A stretch of DNA of 64,000 nucleotides from Fimbriimonadales bacterium (lineage in GTDB: Bacteria > Armatimonadota > Fimbriimonadia > Fimbriimonadales > ATM1): NCBI GenBank assembly GCA_041744215.1, contig JBGTLG010000030.1, positions 63,793-127,792 on the forward strand. The letters are read 5' to 3'. This document shows positions 1 to 8,340 of the stretch, piece by piece. Under the pieces are notes generated by a model. It saw nothing but the letters and a program-made list of their open reading frames with translations, did not search any database and was not told the origin of the DNA. The first letter of the stretch is position 1, and each line of letters opens with the position of its first letter. Made by a program: the position numbers and the translations under genes.

Positions 1-232
1 CCTCTGAAATCGCGTCAGTGCTGTATAACCCGGGAACGTCAACTACGCGAAAGCGGGTTCCCTCGTGGGTGAAGGAGCCTTCGGTGCTTTCGACAGTGAC
101 ACCGGGGTAATTGCCTACCTTTTGGAACGATCCCGTCAATGCGTTGAAGACAGTCGTCTTTCCCGCATTCGGGTTACCGACCAGTGCGACACGGGCGATT
201 CGAGGTTCGGATGTCAGAGTTGATTCGACCAA
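1..232 (-). CDS. feoB: Ferrous iron transporter FeoB, N-terminal G-domain fragment (gene runs off the window start)
   Basis: Minus-strand translation reads RIARVALVGNPNAGKTTVFNALTGSFQKVGNYPGVTVESTEGSF..VVDVPGLYS, the FeoB P-loop and switch pattern. It lies directly downstream of feoA. The TTG start at 232 is a guess. Confidence 0.8.
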   Translation of the reverse strand, partial: MVESTLTSEPRIARVALVGNPNAGKTTVFNALTGSFQKVGNYPGVTVESTEGSFTHEGTRFRVVDVPGLYSTDAISE

Positions 233-242
233 CGAGCGAGCC

Positions 243-503
243 TCAACCGAGAATTTCGACCATGATGCCCTCGGTCTCTTTTCTCCTAAGGCACAGGCGA
301 TAGCCGCGCAAAGCAATCTCGATCGGGTCGCCAAGTGGAGCAATCTTGACTACTTCGAACTCGACTCCCTCTGTCAACCCCATATCCTGGAGCCGGCGGA
401 TTTCCTGCGAATCGGTCAGCACGCTGACAACACGCGCGCACGATCCTTTTTTGACTGCGGCGAAGGGGAGATGGTTGGCGGTCAATGTGTCCAAGAATGT
501 CAA
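243..503 (-). CDS. feoA: FeoA-family small iron transport protein
   Basis: The 86-aa ORF contains the SH3-like FeoA pattern (VVSVLTDSQEIRRLQDMGLTEGVEFEVVKIAPLGDPIEI) and is followed by feoB. The exact start is uncertain; the track uses TTG. Confidence 0.75.
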   Translation of the reverse strand: MTFLDTLTANHLPFAAVKKGSCARVVSVLTDSQEIRRLQDMGLTEGVEFEVVKIAPLGDPIEIALRGYRLCLRRKETEGIMVEILG

Positions 504-821
504 GTTACCACAAAATCGACAGTTTTTGATGCGTCCAAATCTCGCTTTGGGTTGCTTAGAGGCGGACGGAGGCGCGGCCTCGGATGAGCGAGTTTAGGCA
601 CCGCCATACGAGTAGTGGAGACGCTGCAATAATGAATGCTAAGGGCTCCTACGGGGCCTATGCCTCGATTCTCTGGAAGGCGTACGTGTTACGGCCTCAA
701 GGTTCGAATTCTGCGATAGGGAAAGACTCCATTGCCAAAACGTCTTCGCGAGCGAGTAAGCTTAACGGTTGGGCACCCTGGAAACTCATGGCTGGCCCGA
801 TCTAACGGAGAAGAGGACAAC

Positions 822-2264
822 ATGCATAACACACGAGTACTGGCTTTCGCGGGCCTGATAGCCTGCTTCGGATTTGGCTGCAATTCCGCCCCTTCGGTCC
901 CTGCGAGCTTAGAGCCGAGCATGATCGCAGACTTCGCGAAGCCGGGGACAGTCGTCATTCAAACGACTTATAACGCGACGCTCTCAGTCCCCTCTGTTGG
1001 CTACAACGAGGCCAATCTTAACCGCTTAGGTGCACAGGTTCAGGCTGCCCTGAGCCAGGGGGCCGACCCCAACCAAATCTTGGACGCGGTCATCGAAGAG
1101 ATGCTCACGAACCTTGAGTCATATCTCGTGCCGACGCAGCCGTATCAGAGCGTCAACGCCCAGATAGACGGCGTAGGCTCGGGCTTCTTCGTCACGGAGG
1201 ATGGCTACGTCGTCACGAATGCCCACGTGGTCACAGACGACCCCGCGCAATTAAAAACTGCGCTGGCCCAAAACGCGCTGGCGCAACTGATCCAAAAGGA
1301 CGTTGAGGATTTCAACCGCGAACTGGGCGGGAGAGCGACCGAGCGACAGATCGAGTTGCTGAAGCAGGCCGCGGTGAACTTCTACGTGAAGTACATGCAG
1401 ATAGGCGACATCAGCCGCGCTGTGGCAGTTCACCTCGGCGCAAACGTCCCCGGGGTTGCATCCATGACTAAGCCCGTTTCAGCGGAAGTCCTGCAAAACG
1501 CGCTCGGAGAACCCATTCCTGGCAAAGACGTGGCGATCCTAAAGGTCAGCGGCCAGGATTTCCCTACTCTCGACATTGGTGACGACTCCTCACTCAACGT
1601 GGGAGACCAGATCTTCCCCTATGGCTACCCTGCCGACGCCACGTTCTTCCCCGCTTTCGACTCTTCAAGCATCAACGAGGCATCTCTCACGACCGGACTC
1701 GTCAGCTCAAGGAAGCAGATGCAAGGCGGTTGGGATGTGATCCAAACAGACGCAGCCATCCGAGGCGGAAACAGCGGGGGGCCCGTTTTTGATAAGAAAG
1801 GAAAGGTCATCGGACTGTCGACTTTCGGGCTTATCGATCAATCCAGCGGTGCTGCTGCCCAAGGCGCAAACTTCGTCGTCCCAATGACCGTCGTAAAGGA
1901 GTTCCTTCAACGAGCGAACGTGACTCCCAAAGAGAGTACGACGAGCGTACTTTGGCGTGAAGCAGTCCTCCTTCGGGCCGAGGATCGTCACAGTGAAGCA
2001 GTGAAACGTCTCCAGCAGATGGAGGCCCTGAAGCCTGGAATGCCCGCAGTTCAAGCGAGACTCCAACAGTCGCAGAAAGCGATCCTTGAGGGCGGAGATA
2101 AGAGCGGGTCGCCGATGCTCCTCATCGTGGCCATTGTGGGAGGCGCAGCTCTCTTGCTCATCGTCCTCGTCTTCGCGATGAAGGCCAAGGGTGGGAAACC
2201 GACGCCTCCAGGCCCCACTCCCCCGCAGGTTCCGGGTGGACAGAACCCACAGCTCCCGCAGTAA
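822..2264 (+). CDS. Trypsin-like (S1C/HtrA-like) serine protease lipoprotein with C-terminal TM helix and Pro-rich tail
   Basis: Catalytic motifs are TNAHVV (His), DVAILKV (Asp) and GNSGGPVF (Ser). The start was trimmed to ATG 822, which has GGAGAAGAGGA upstream and gives MHNTRVLAFAGLIACFGFGC, a signal peptide with lipobox-like Cys. A C-terminal hydrophobic segment LLIVAIVGGAALLLIVLVFA is present. Confidence 0.85.
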   Translation: MHNTRVLAFAGLIACFGFGCNSAPSVPASLEPSMIADFAKPGTVVIQTTYNATLSVPSVGYNEANLNRLGAQVQAALSQGADPNQILDAVIEEMLTNLESYLVPTQPYQSVNAQIDGVGSGFFVTEDGYVVTNAHVVTDDPAQLKTALAQNALAQLIQKDVEDFNRELGGRATERQIELLKQAAVNFYVKYMQIGDISRAVAVHLGANVPGVASMTKPVSAEVLQNALGEPIPGKDVAILKVSGQDFPTLDIGDDSSLNVGDQIFPYGYPADATFFPAFDSSSINEASLTTGLVSSRKQMQGGWDVIQTDAAIRGGNSGGPVFDKKGKVIGLSTFGLIDQSSGAAAQGANFVVPMTVVKEFLQRANVTPKESTTSVLWREAVLLRAEDRHSEAVKRLQQMEALKPGMPAVQARLQQSQKAILEGGDKSGSPMLLIVAIVGGAALLLIVLVFAMKAKGGKPTPPGPTPPQVPGGQNPQLPQ

Positions 2265-2368
2265 GTCCACCGGCCCGGAAGGAGGACTGGAGCTTCGACA
2301 GGCTCAGCGGCACGACCCGCTGGGCCTGTCGAACTTAGCGCGGGCGCTCACACCAGCCGCTGCAGCCC

Positions 2369-2538
2369 GGCTTCGAGCGGCTCCGTACGTGTACAGCGTG
2401 GCTTCGTACATGTACAGAGTGGCTTCGTACATGTACAGAGCGGCTTCGCACATGTACAGAGCGGCTTCGTACATGTACTGAACGGCTTCGTACACGTACT
2501 GAACGGCTTCGTACACGTACTGTGCGGTTCCGTACGCC
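2369..2538. repeat. 21-bp tandem array A, about 7.5 units, consensus GGCTTCGTACATGTACAGAGC
   Basis: Seven full in-phase units were counted by hand at 2379, 2400, 2421, 2442, 2463, 2484 and 2505, with degenerate partial units at both ends. The core GTACATGTAC is a 10-bp palindrome. The array sits between convergent genes. Confidence 0.95.
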
Positions 2539-2603
2539 CCCCAAGGCTGGTGCGCGTCCGGGTTACAGTGGCCCAGGAGGGGCGTACGAGCGAGGGGGAT
2601 CCG

Positions 2604-2951
2604 TCAGCGGGCCTCGATAACTGCGTCGGGAGGGTCACATCCGATCGTCATCAATCCGCCGGCATGAGGCACCAGGACATCCATCTCAAGCTGTTGACCG
2701 TTCATCTCCCCGCGGAGCCTCTTCCAACCTGGCGAGGTCCAGACGATCCGGGCATCCATCATCAGTCGGCTGCCGCCAAGCTTCGCCTTTCGCAACTTGC
2801 AGCCCTCTTTCACGTAGAAGTCGACCCGGACTTTGCCGGGGTGCAAAAAGGGCGCAAAAGGGTACACAAACGCGAGTCCTGCAACAACCAGGACCGCGGC
2901 GATCAAAGTCATTAGGAACCAAAACTGCCACTTCGGACGTGCGTTCTTCAC
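2604..2951 (-). CDS. Small membrane-anchored hypothetical protein, translationally coupled to smpB
   Basis: The 115-aa ORF has an N-terminal TM helix (WQFWFLMTLIAAVLVVAGLAFV). Its ATG overlaps the smpB stop by 4 nt. No family was recognised. Confidence 0.5.
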   Translation of the reverse strand: MKNARPKWQFWFLMTLIAAVLVVAGLAFVYPFAPFLHPGKVRVDFYVKEGCKLRKAKLGGSRLMMDARIVWTSPGWKRLRGEMNGQQLEMDVLVPHAGGLMTIGCDPPDAVIEAR

Positions 2952-3415
2952 TTCTCTTTGCGCTCCATCTCCCGGCGTTCATCCTTCTTCGCGATCGACT
3001 CCCGCTTATCGTACGACTTCTTTCCTCGCCCAACGGAAACCTCAACCTTCGCGCGCCCATTTCGAAAGTAAAGCTTGGTGGGAATGAGTGAAAACCCGCG
3101 CTCTTCACCCTTCCTACGGAGCGCGTCGATCTCGCGCCTCTTCATAAGCAGTTTCCGGGGCCGGCGACGTTCGACTTGATACGACGTCGCCATGGCGTAG
3201 GGGGCGACATCCATGTCGATGAGCCAGAGTTCCCTTTCGCGGACAGTGCAATACGCACCCACCAGGCTAACATCGCCTGCGAGAATGCTCTTGACCTCGG
3301 ATCCAACCAAGACGATGCCCGCTTCGTGTGAATCTAGGATCTCGTATTCGTGGCGCGCCTTACGGTTGTGAATCGTCGGAGGCCCAGGCGAACGTGTGCC
3401 TTTTGACTTCGACAT
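2948..3415 (-). CDS. smpB: SsrA-binding protein SmpB
   Basis: Contains NRKARHEYEILDSHEAGIVLVGSEVKS..LIPTKLYF..GRAKVEVSVGRGKKSYDKRE. The start was trimmed to ATG 3415 (MSKSKG); the longer track ORF has an implausible N-terminal extension. Confidence 0.9.
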   Translation of the reverse strand: MSKSKGTRSPGPPTIHNRKARHEYEILDSHEAGIVLVGSEVKSILAGDVSLVGAYCTVRERELWLIDMDVAPYAMATSYQVERRRPRKLLMKRREIDALRRKGEERGFSLIPTKLYFRNGRAKVEVSVGRGKKSYDKRESIAKKDERREMERKEK

Positions 3416-3454
3416 GACCCGTCTAGAGGTTACCTCCGGGGTACGATTCTCATC

Positions 3455-4012
3455 ATGAGGCCGATGATCCTGATTGCCGCCCTTGCCGCGCTCCTGACGG
3501 CCTGCAGCCGACCAGTGCCGTATCTTGTGAAGGGTGAGGAGATCGCCGCACAACTGCACTCGCGGATGAAGGACTTGGATCGCACCAAGAAGCCGCCGCC
3601 CCCACTTCTGCCTGTTCCTCCGGCTAAGTCAACATTCGATGCTCAAGTTGTTGCTCGTGAGTCAGCAAACATCAAGGAGCTGGTGATCAAAGACCAAGTG
3701 CTCGGAACCGGTCCCGTGGCGGTCGATGGCAAGTACGTAACCGTTCACTATGTCGGCACGCTGCCTGACGGGTTCATGTTCGACACATCGTTTGCGACCG
3801 GACGTGAACCGTTTACGTTCCTGCTTGGCACGGGTGCGGTGATTCAGGGTTGGCATCAAGGATTGCGAGGGATGAGGGTCGGGGGTACTCGCCGCCTGGT
3901 GATTCCAGCGAATCTCGCGTATGGAGCCCAAACGAATGATCCAGACCGAATTCCGGCAAATGCGGCTCTAATCTTCGATATCCACCTCCTGTTCGTTGGA
4001 GCGCACCCATAA
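3455..4012 (+). CDS. FKBP-type peptidyl-prolyl cis-trans isomerase, probable lipoprotein
   Basis: The FKBP core is VTVHYVGTLPDGFMFDTSF..REPFTFLLGTGAVIQGWHQGLRGMRVGGTRRLVIPANLAYG. The N-terminus LIAALAALLTACS has a lipobox. Confidence 0.85.
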   Translation: MRPMILIAALAALLTACSRPVPYLVKGEEIAAQLHSRMKDLDRTKKPPPPLLPVPPAKSTFDAQVVARESANIKELVIKDQVLGTGPVAVDGKYVTVHYVGTLPDGFMFDTSFATGREPFTFLLGTGAVIQGWHQGLRGMRVGGTRRLVIPANLAYGAQTNDPDRIPANAALIFDIHLLFVGAHP

Positions 4013-4013
4013 G

Positions 4014-4715
4014 ATGCTTCGCATCTCCGATCTGCACGTTTATTACGGAAACATCCACGCCCTCCAGGGACTTGATATTGAAGTCAATCAAGGTGAAATC
4101 GTCTCGATTATTGGGTCGAACGGAGCAGGCAAGAGCACTTTGTTGCGCACGATTTCAGGTTTGCTCCGTCCACGCCAGGGCTCCGTAAGCTACTGCGACG
4201 AAGCCATTCACACGCTCGCCCCGCACGAAATCGTTAGACGCGGGATCGTACACTCACCTGAGGGGAGGAAGATTTTCACTAACATGTCCGTCGGTGAAAA
4301 TCTCAAGCTCGGCTCATACCTTCGCAGGGACACTGATGTTGCCTCCGACGTTGAGCACGTTCTCCAGCGATTTCCAAGGCTAAAAGAGCGCATCAAGCAA
4401 AACGGCGGCACACTAAGTGGTGGCGAGCAGCAGATGCTCGCTATCGGACGTGCCCTTATGGCGAAGCCCCGAGTACTGCTTCTCGACGAGCCGAGCCTCG
4501 GCCTGGCCCCAAATCTTGTATCAGAAATCTTTAGAATCGTGAAACTCATCAATGACGACGGGGTCACCGTTCTACTCGTGGAACAGAACGCCAATCGTGC
4601 GCTCGAGTTAGCTCACCGAGCCTATGTGCTTGAAACCGGCTCGATCGTCCTCCAAGACACCGGCGCAGCGCTGCTTGCCAACCCGAAAGTGAAGGAGGCC
4701 TACCTCGGCGCGTAG
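4014..4715 (+). CDS. livF: LivF-like branched-chain amino acid ABC transporter ATP-binding protein (orphan ATPase)
   Basis: Walker A is GSNGAGKST, the signature is LSGGEQQMLAIGRAL and Walker B is LLLDEPSLGLAP. The N-terminus MLRISDLHVYYGNIHALQG is LivF-like. ATG 4014 lies 1 nt after the FKBP stop. No permease or binding-protein genes are nearby. Confidence 0.8.
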   Translation: MLRISDLHVYYGNIHALQGLDIEVNQGEIVSIIGSNGAGKSTLLRTISGLLRPRQGSVSYCDEAIHTLAPHEIVRRGIVHSPEGRKIFTNMSVGENLKLGSYLRRDTDVASDVEHVLQRFPRLKERIKQNGGTLSGGEQQMLAIGRALMAKPRVLLLDEPSLGLAPNLVSEIFRIVKLINDDGVTVLLVEQNANRALELAHRAYVLETGSIVLQDTGAALLANPKVKEAYLGA

Positions 4716-4718
4716 CGG

Positions 4719-5186
4719 ATGGCCAGGGTTACCGTTTCCGAGATGACGAAAGAGCACGTGCCTGCCGTGCTTGCGATCGAAGCAAAGTGTAATCCTGCTC
4801 CGTGGAGTGAGGCCTCGTTCCGCTCTGAGCTAGGCAATCCGCAGGCACACTACACCGTCGCTCTAGCCGGATCCAAACTGGTTGGCTACTGCGGTTGTTG
4901 GGACGTCATTGACGAGGTGCATGTAACCAATATCGGCGTGGATCCAGACTTCCGAAGACAGGGTGCGGGCAGGCTGCTCATGACGCACATGCTCGCAGTC
5001 GCGGTTGACAGAGGGATGCGATGCTCAACGCTAGAGGTCCGCGAAGGAAACGCGGCGGCGATCCTGCTCTACGAAGCGCTTGGTTATGAAAAGTGCGCGA
5101 TTCGAAGGGGCTACTACCCGAATGATCGCGAAAATGCCGTTGTGATGTGGCTCTATGACCTCAGGAGCAGGACATGGAGTACGTAG
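4719..5186 (+). CDS. rimI: GNAT acetyltransferase, RimI-type (ribosomal-protein-alanine N-acetyltransferase)
   Basis: The GNAT acetyl-CoA motif is VDPDFRRQGAGRLLM. It shows the classic rimI-tsaD adjacency, with overlapping stop and start. Confidence 0.8.
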   Translation: MARVTVSEMTKEHVPAVLAIEAKCNPAPWSEASFRSELGNPQAHYTVALAGSKLVGYCGCWDVIDEVHVTNIGVDPDFRRQGAGRLLMTHMLAVAVDRGMRCSTLEVREGNAAAILLYEALGYEKCAIRRGYYPNDRENAVVMWLYDLRSRTWST

Positions 5187-6190
5187 CTGGCCCGGTGCTT
5201 GGCATAGAGACAAGCTGTGATGACACGTCAGCCGCCATCGTTGTCGGGAAGAGGATTCTCTCCAACGTCGTCTCCTCTCAGGCGGATCTCCAGAAGAAGT
5301 GGGGCGGAATTGTGCCCGAGGCCGCAGCGCGTAGCCATACCGAAGCAATGCTGCCGGCCATCTCGGAAGCGCTGCGCGGCAGTGCCGTCGGTCTCACCGA
5401 TCTGACTGGAATCGCCGTCACAAACAGGCCTGGCCTAGTAGGAGCACTGAGCGTCGGGGTCACCACGGCCAAGGCGCTATCTCTTGCGCTTGGGATCCCG
5501 CTCGTAGGGGTTCATCACCTTGAGAGCCACACACTTTCTCCACTCATCGAGTCGGATGTCCCATTCCCTCACGTTTGTCTGTTAGTGTCGGGCGGGCATA
5601 CCGAGTTGATTCTCGTGAAACGCCCTGGCGTGTACTCCAAACTTGGCGGGACGATCGATGACGCTGCGGGGGAGGCATTCGACAAGGCTGCCAGAACGCT
5701 CGGGCTCGGTTACCCGGGCGGTCCCGCGATCCAGGAGACTGGCGCCGCGGGAGACGCGAAGCGCTATTCCCTGCCCCGAGGCTTGAAGGACCCGTCTTTC
5801 AATTTCAGCTTCTCCGGCTTGAAGACGGCAGTGATGCTCCTGGCCGAGCGCGAAGGTGAGGCACTCGACCGCCCGTCAGCTGCGGCCTCGTTCGAGGCGA
5901 CCGTTGCAGAAGTCCTGTCACATCGCGCAATTTTTGCGTGCCGCGAAACGGGGGCGAGAGCCGTCACTTTAGTGGGCGGTGTCGCGGCGAATCTACGTCT
6001 TCGCGCGACTCTCGCGCGAGCAGCAAGCGAGGCGAGAGTTGACTTTTTCGTTCCAGGAGCATCACTATGCACAGACAATGCGGCGATGGTCGCCCACGTC
6101 GGTGCTTGGCGACTCAGTACGAGCAGAGGCGATGACTTTGATCTGGACACCGAAGCGGTAAGCTCTTTGCCAACAGGAGAAGCTATATGA
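5174..6190 (+). CDS. tsaD: tRNA N6-adenosine threonylcarbamoyltransferase TsaD
   Basis: Contains GIETSCDDTSAAIV, GVHHLESH (metal-binding His pair) and VSGGHTEL, with the full length typical of Kae1/TsaD. Confidence 0.93.
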   Translation: MEYVAGPVLGIETSCDDTSAAIVVGKRILSNVVSSQADLQKKWGGIVPEAAARSHTEAMLPAISEALRGSAVGLTDLTGIAVTNRPGLVGALSVGVTTAKALSLALGIPLVGVHHLESHTLSPLIESDVPFPHVCLLVSGGHTELILVKRPGVYSKLGGTIDDAAGEAFDKAARTLGLGYPGGPAIQETGAAGDAKRYSLPRGLKDPSFNFSFSGLKTAVMLLAEREGEALDRPSAAASFEATVAEVLSHRAIFACRETGARAVTLVGGVAANLRLRATLARAASEARVDFFVPGASLCTDNAAMVAHVGAWRLSTSRGDDFDLDTEAVSSLPTGEAI

Positions 6191-6717
6191 GTGAGTCAAC
6201 CGAATCTAAGTCACCAGGAATGGATCCGCGCGTGCTCGGCGTTTGGGCCGCTATCGCCATAGTAATCTTTGCTCTTCTTTGGCTGATGTTCTCATTCCGA
6301 GCGCTGAGCGGTGAGTTGGCCCAGCAGAAGGATGCACACGCCGTAGCATTAAAAGCCGAGCAAGAGGCTGCCGCAGCCGCTCTCGACGCGGACCGGCGTG
6401 CCGGGACCGCAAGGCTGGCTGAAGGTATGGGCACGGTGTTCGCGCCTCTTATCCTCAACAACCCGGATGGCGGCGCGACGCTCAAGCTGGTCTGCGAGTC
6501 CTTGGCCAGCTCGAGAACGGTGGAACTCGTTATCGTCACCGACACCGACGGAAAAGTCTTAGCGACGAGCAACGCTTCATTCGCAGATCGAAGTTTCCCT
6601 GAGATGTCGTCGCAGGGGACAGCCGAAGTGAAGGAAGATGATGGCTGGCTCGTTACCCGGCCCGTGACGTTCAACAACAACCGAATCGGGGCGATCAGGA
6701 TCAAAGTCAAGTACTAA
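6187..6717 (+). CDS. Hypothetical single-pass membrane protein with extracytoplasmic alpha/beta domain
   Basis: The ATG overlaps the tsaD stop. It has a TM helix VLGVWAAIAIVIFALLWLMF followed by an Ala/Glu-rich helix and a small domain. The antisense 175-aa ORF is Ser-rich and was judged a shadow. Confidence 0.55.
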   Translation: MSESTESKSPGMDPRVLGVWAAIAIVIFALLWLMFSFRALSGELAQQKDAHAVALKAEQEAAAAALDADRRAGTARLAEGMGTVFAPLILNNPDGGATLKLVCESLASSRTVELVIVTDTDGKVLATSNASFADRSFPEMSSQGTAEVKEDDGWLVTRPVTFNNNRIGAIRIKVKY

Positions 6718-7736
6718 GCATCACCGGCCAGCACGGGCTCCGGCCCATGAGGGCCGCCGAGCAAGATGTTGTCTAGCGTTGCGATTGCGTAAGCTCGAAG
6801 GCTGGGATCAGGGTCAGAGTCCGCCGCAGTGCGCAATGCCTGCCGGACCTTTTCTTGGTACCCAGGTAGCCATTCGCACAGGTGAATCATCCCATGAATG
6901 GCACTTCTACGCCCGTAGGGCTGTTCACCGTGAAGCAAAACGTCAATCAGAACATCTCCGGCTCCCTCAGTAGCGACATGGTCTCCAAGCACGTCGCCTG
7001 CTTTGTAAATGGTCCTAACGATGTCGTCCGGCGTCGTGCGCATCAGCACTCGGATTGCTTCAAGCGCTTCTTCAGCCTCTTGAGTAGTCCTACAAACATT
7101 CGGGAGGTCTTCGAAGATGTCCAGCGCACACCACTGCGCTGTGCGCCTGTATGGGTGTCCGTCTTCCCGAATGATCCGGATAAGGCAAGGCGTAAACAGG
7201 CCAGATGCCGCATGCGCGTCGATTTCTTGCATGGCCGTGTATGCGACATCTCGATCTTCGCAGAAGAGCAGACGAACGAGCGGGTCGGGGCTCAATTCGT
7301 TCAGGTGTCCGTCAAATCTCCTTGTAAGCCCGAGCGTCCTGCTGATCGCAAACTGCCGGCTAAAAAGCGGCTCAAGTTCCCGGCTCAGGTTTGAGAGCAT
7401 TCCCTCCGTCGTAGCGCCCTTCGCTTCCGCCTTCAAAAGCTCGCACCGGCCAAAGACCCCAAATGGTGTCTCGGCGACGAGGACCTCGAACGCCTCGCCG
7501 TGCGTTTCGTATCGGAGCGATTGCCTAAACTCGGTCGGCTTCACGTTGTACTGTGCAGCGACGCTTTGCTTTGGCCAAATGAACTGCCGGCGATGACCCG
7601 GATTTACTGGTGGGACGGGCCCGCGGTTGCGGCCGCTCTCTGCCTCTAGAAACTCCTCAAGGCTCGCGCACAAGCTGTCCGGCGTCCAATCCACGAGAAC
7701 AGTTTGGTCGGAATGGGGGCGAAAGGTCAAGCGCAA
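6714..7736 (-). CDS. Hypothetical protein with HEAT/ARM-like helical C-terminus
   Basis: The long ORF has native-looking composition, and its C-terminal half is helical-repeat-like (..SDPDPSLRAYAIATLDNILLG..). The track start at 7865 would overlap the divergent grpE start. A TTG at 7736 was provisionally assigned, with alternatives TTG 7730 and GTG 7694. Confidence 0.45.
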   Translation of the reverse strand: MRLTFRPHSDQTVLVDWTPDSLCASLEEFLEAESGRNRGPVPPVNPGHRRQFIWPKQSVAAQYNVKPTEFRQSLRYETHGEAFEVLVAETPFGVFGRCELLKAEAKGATTEGMLSNLSRELEPLFSRQFAISRTLGLTRRFDGHLNELSPDPLVRLLFCEDRDVAYTAMQEIDAHAASGLFTPCLIRIIREDGHPYRRTAQWCALDIFEDLPNVCRTTQEAEEALEAIRVLMRTTPDDIVRTIYKAGDVLGDHVATEGAGDVLIDVLLHGEQPYGRRSAIHGMIHLCEWLPGYQEKVRQALRTAADSDPDPSLRAYAIATLDNILLGGPHGPEPVLAGDA

Positions 7737-7761
7737 GGCCGAAGGTACAATCGGACAAGTT

Positions 7762-8340
7762 ATGTCGACAGAGAATGCACAGACCCCTCCGACTGACGCG
7801 GAGGACGTGCAATTCCCCAGTGAACTGGCCGATACGCTCAATGAACAGGCGACGGCCCGCGACACGGAAATGGCGGCCCTCCAAGATCGCGTCTCCCACC
7901 TGGAAGCGAAGTTAGCCGAGGCTCGGGACGGAATGCTCCGTGCCGTTGCGGATCTTCAAAACGTGCGCCGCCGGTCCGCGCAAGAATCGATACAGGCACG
8001 AGAAACTGCCGCGGGTGAAGTAGCCGCGAAGTTGCTACCAGTTCTTGATAACTTCGAGCGCACTCTGGCGGCTGCCGAGGCGGGCGCAAGCCTCGAATCC
8101 GTTCTGAATGGCGTGACGTTAGTTGATCGACAGATCCGCGAAGCGCTTGAGCAACACCACGTACGGCCGATCGCGGCGTTGGGACACCCATTCGATCCAA
8201 ACCTCCACGAAGCCGTCATTGATGAGCACAGCCCGCATCCGGTCGGCACCGTCATCGGCGAGCTTGAGAAGGGCTACCTAATCGGCGACCGAGTCCTGCG
8301 CGCAGCGAAGGTGAAGGTGAGTAAGGGCGACACGGAATGA
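7762..8340 (+). CDS. grpE: Nucleotide exchange factor GrpE
   Basis: Contains a coiled-coil N-terminus, LRAVADLQNVRRRSAQE, LLPVLDNFERTL, and C-terminal GTVIGELEKGYLIGDRVLRAAKVKV. The start was trimmed to ATG 7762. No dnaK or dnaJ is adjacent. Confidence 0.9.
   Translation: MSTENAQTPPTDAEDVQFPSELADTLNEQATARDTEMAALQDRVSHLEAKLAEARDGMLRAVADLQNVRRRSAQESIQARETAAGEVAAKLLPVLDNFERTLAAAEAGASLESVLNGVTLVDRQIREALEQHHVRPIAALGHPFDPNLHEAVIDEHSPHPVGTVIGELEKGYLIGDRVLRAAKVKVSKGDTE

Noticed and set aside
504-821. The 318-nt intergenic region near feoA and smpB contains GGTTCGAAT. It was checked as a possible tmRNA, tRNA or riboswitch.
   Set aside because: No acceptor stem, CCA end, tag-peptide reading frame or recognisable riboswitch core could be built by hand. 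It should still be scanned with Infernal/Rfam.
2191-2638. Four overlapping ORFs (2191-2481 +, 2304-2516 -, 2335-2544 -, 2348-2638 -) encode heptad repeats such as ASYMYRA or CTKPLCT across array A.
   Set aside because: They arise because a 21-bp unit without stop codons stays open in several frames at once. They lack SD sequences, mutually overlap, and partly extend neighbouring genes. They were treated as repeat artefacts, not genes.
6183-6710. A 175-aa minus ORF that is an almost exact antisense of 6187-6717.
   Set aside because: It is Ser/Ala-rich with no SD. The plus-strand frame is translationally coupled to tsaD and has a clean TM helix.
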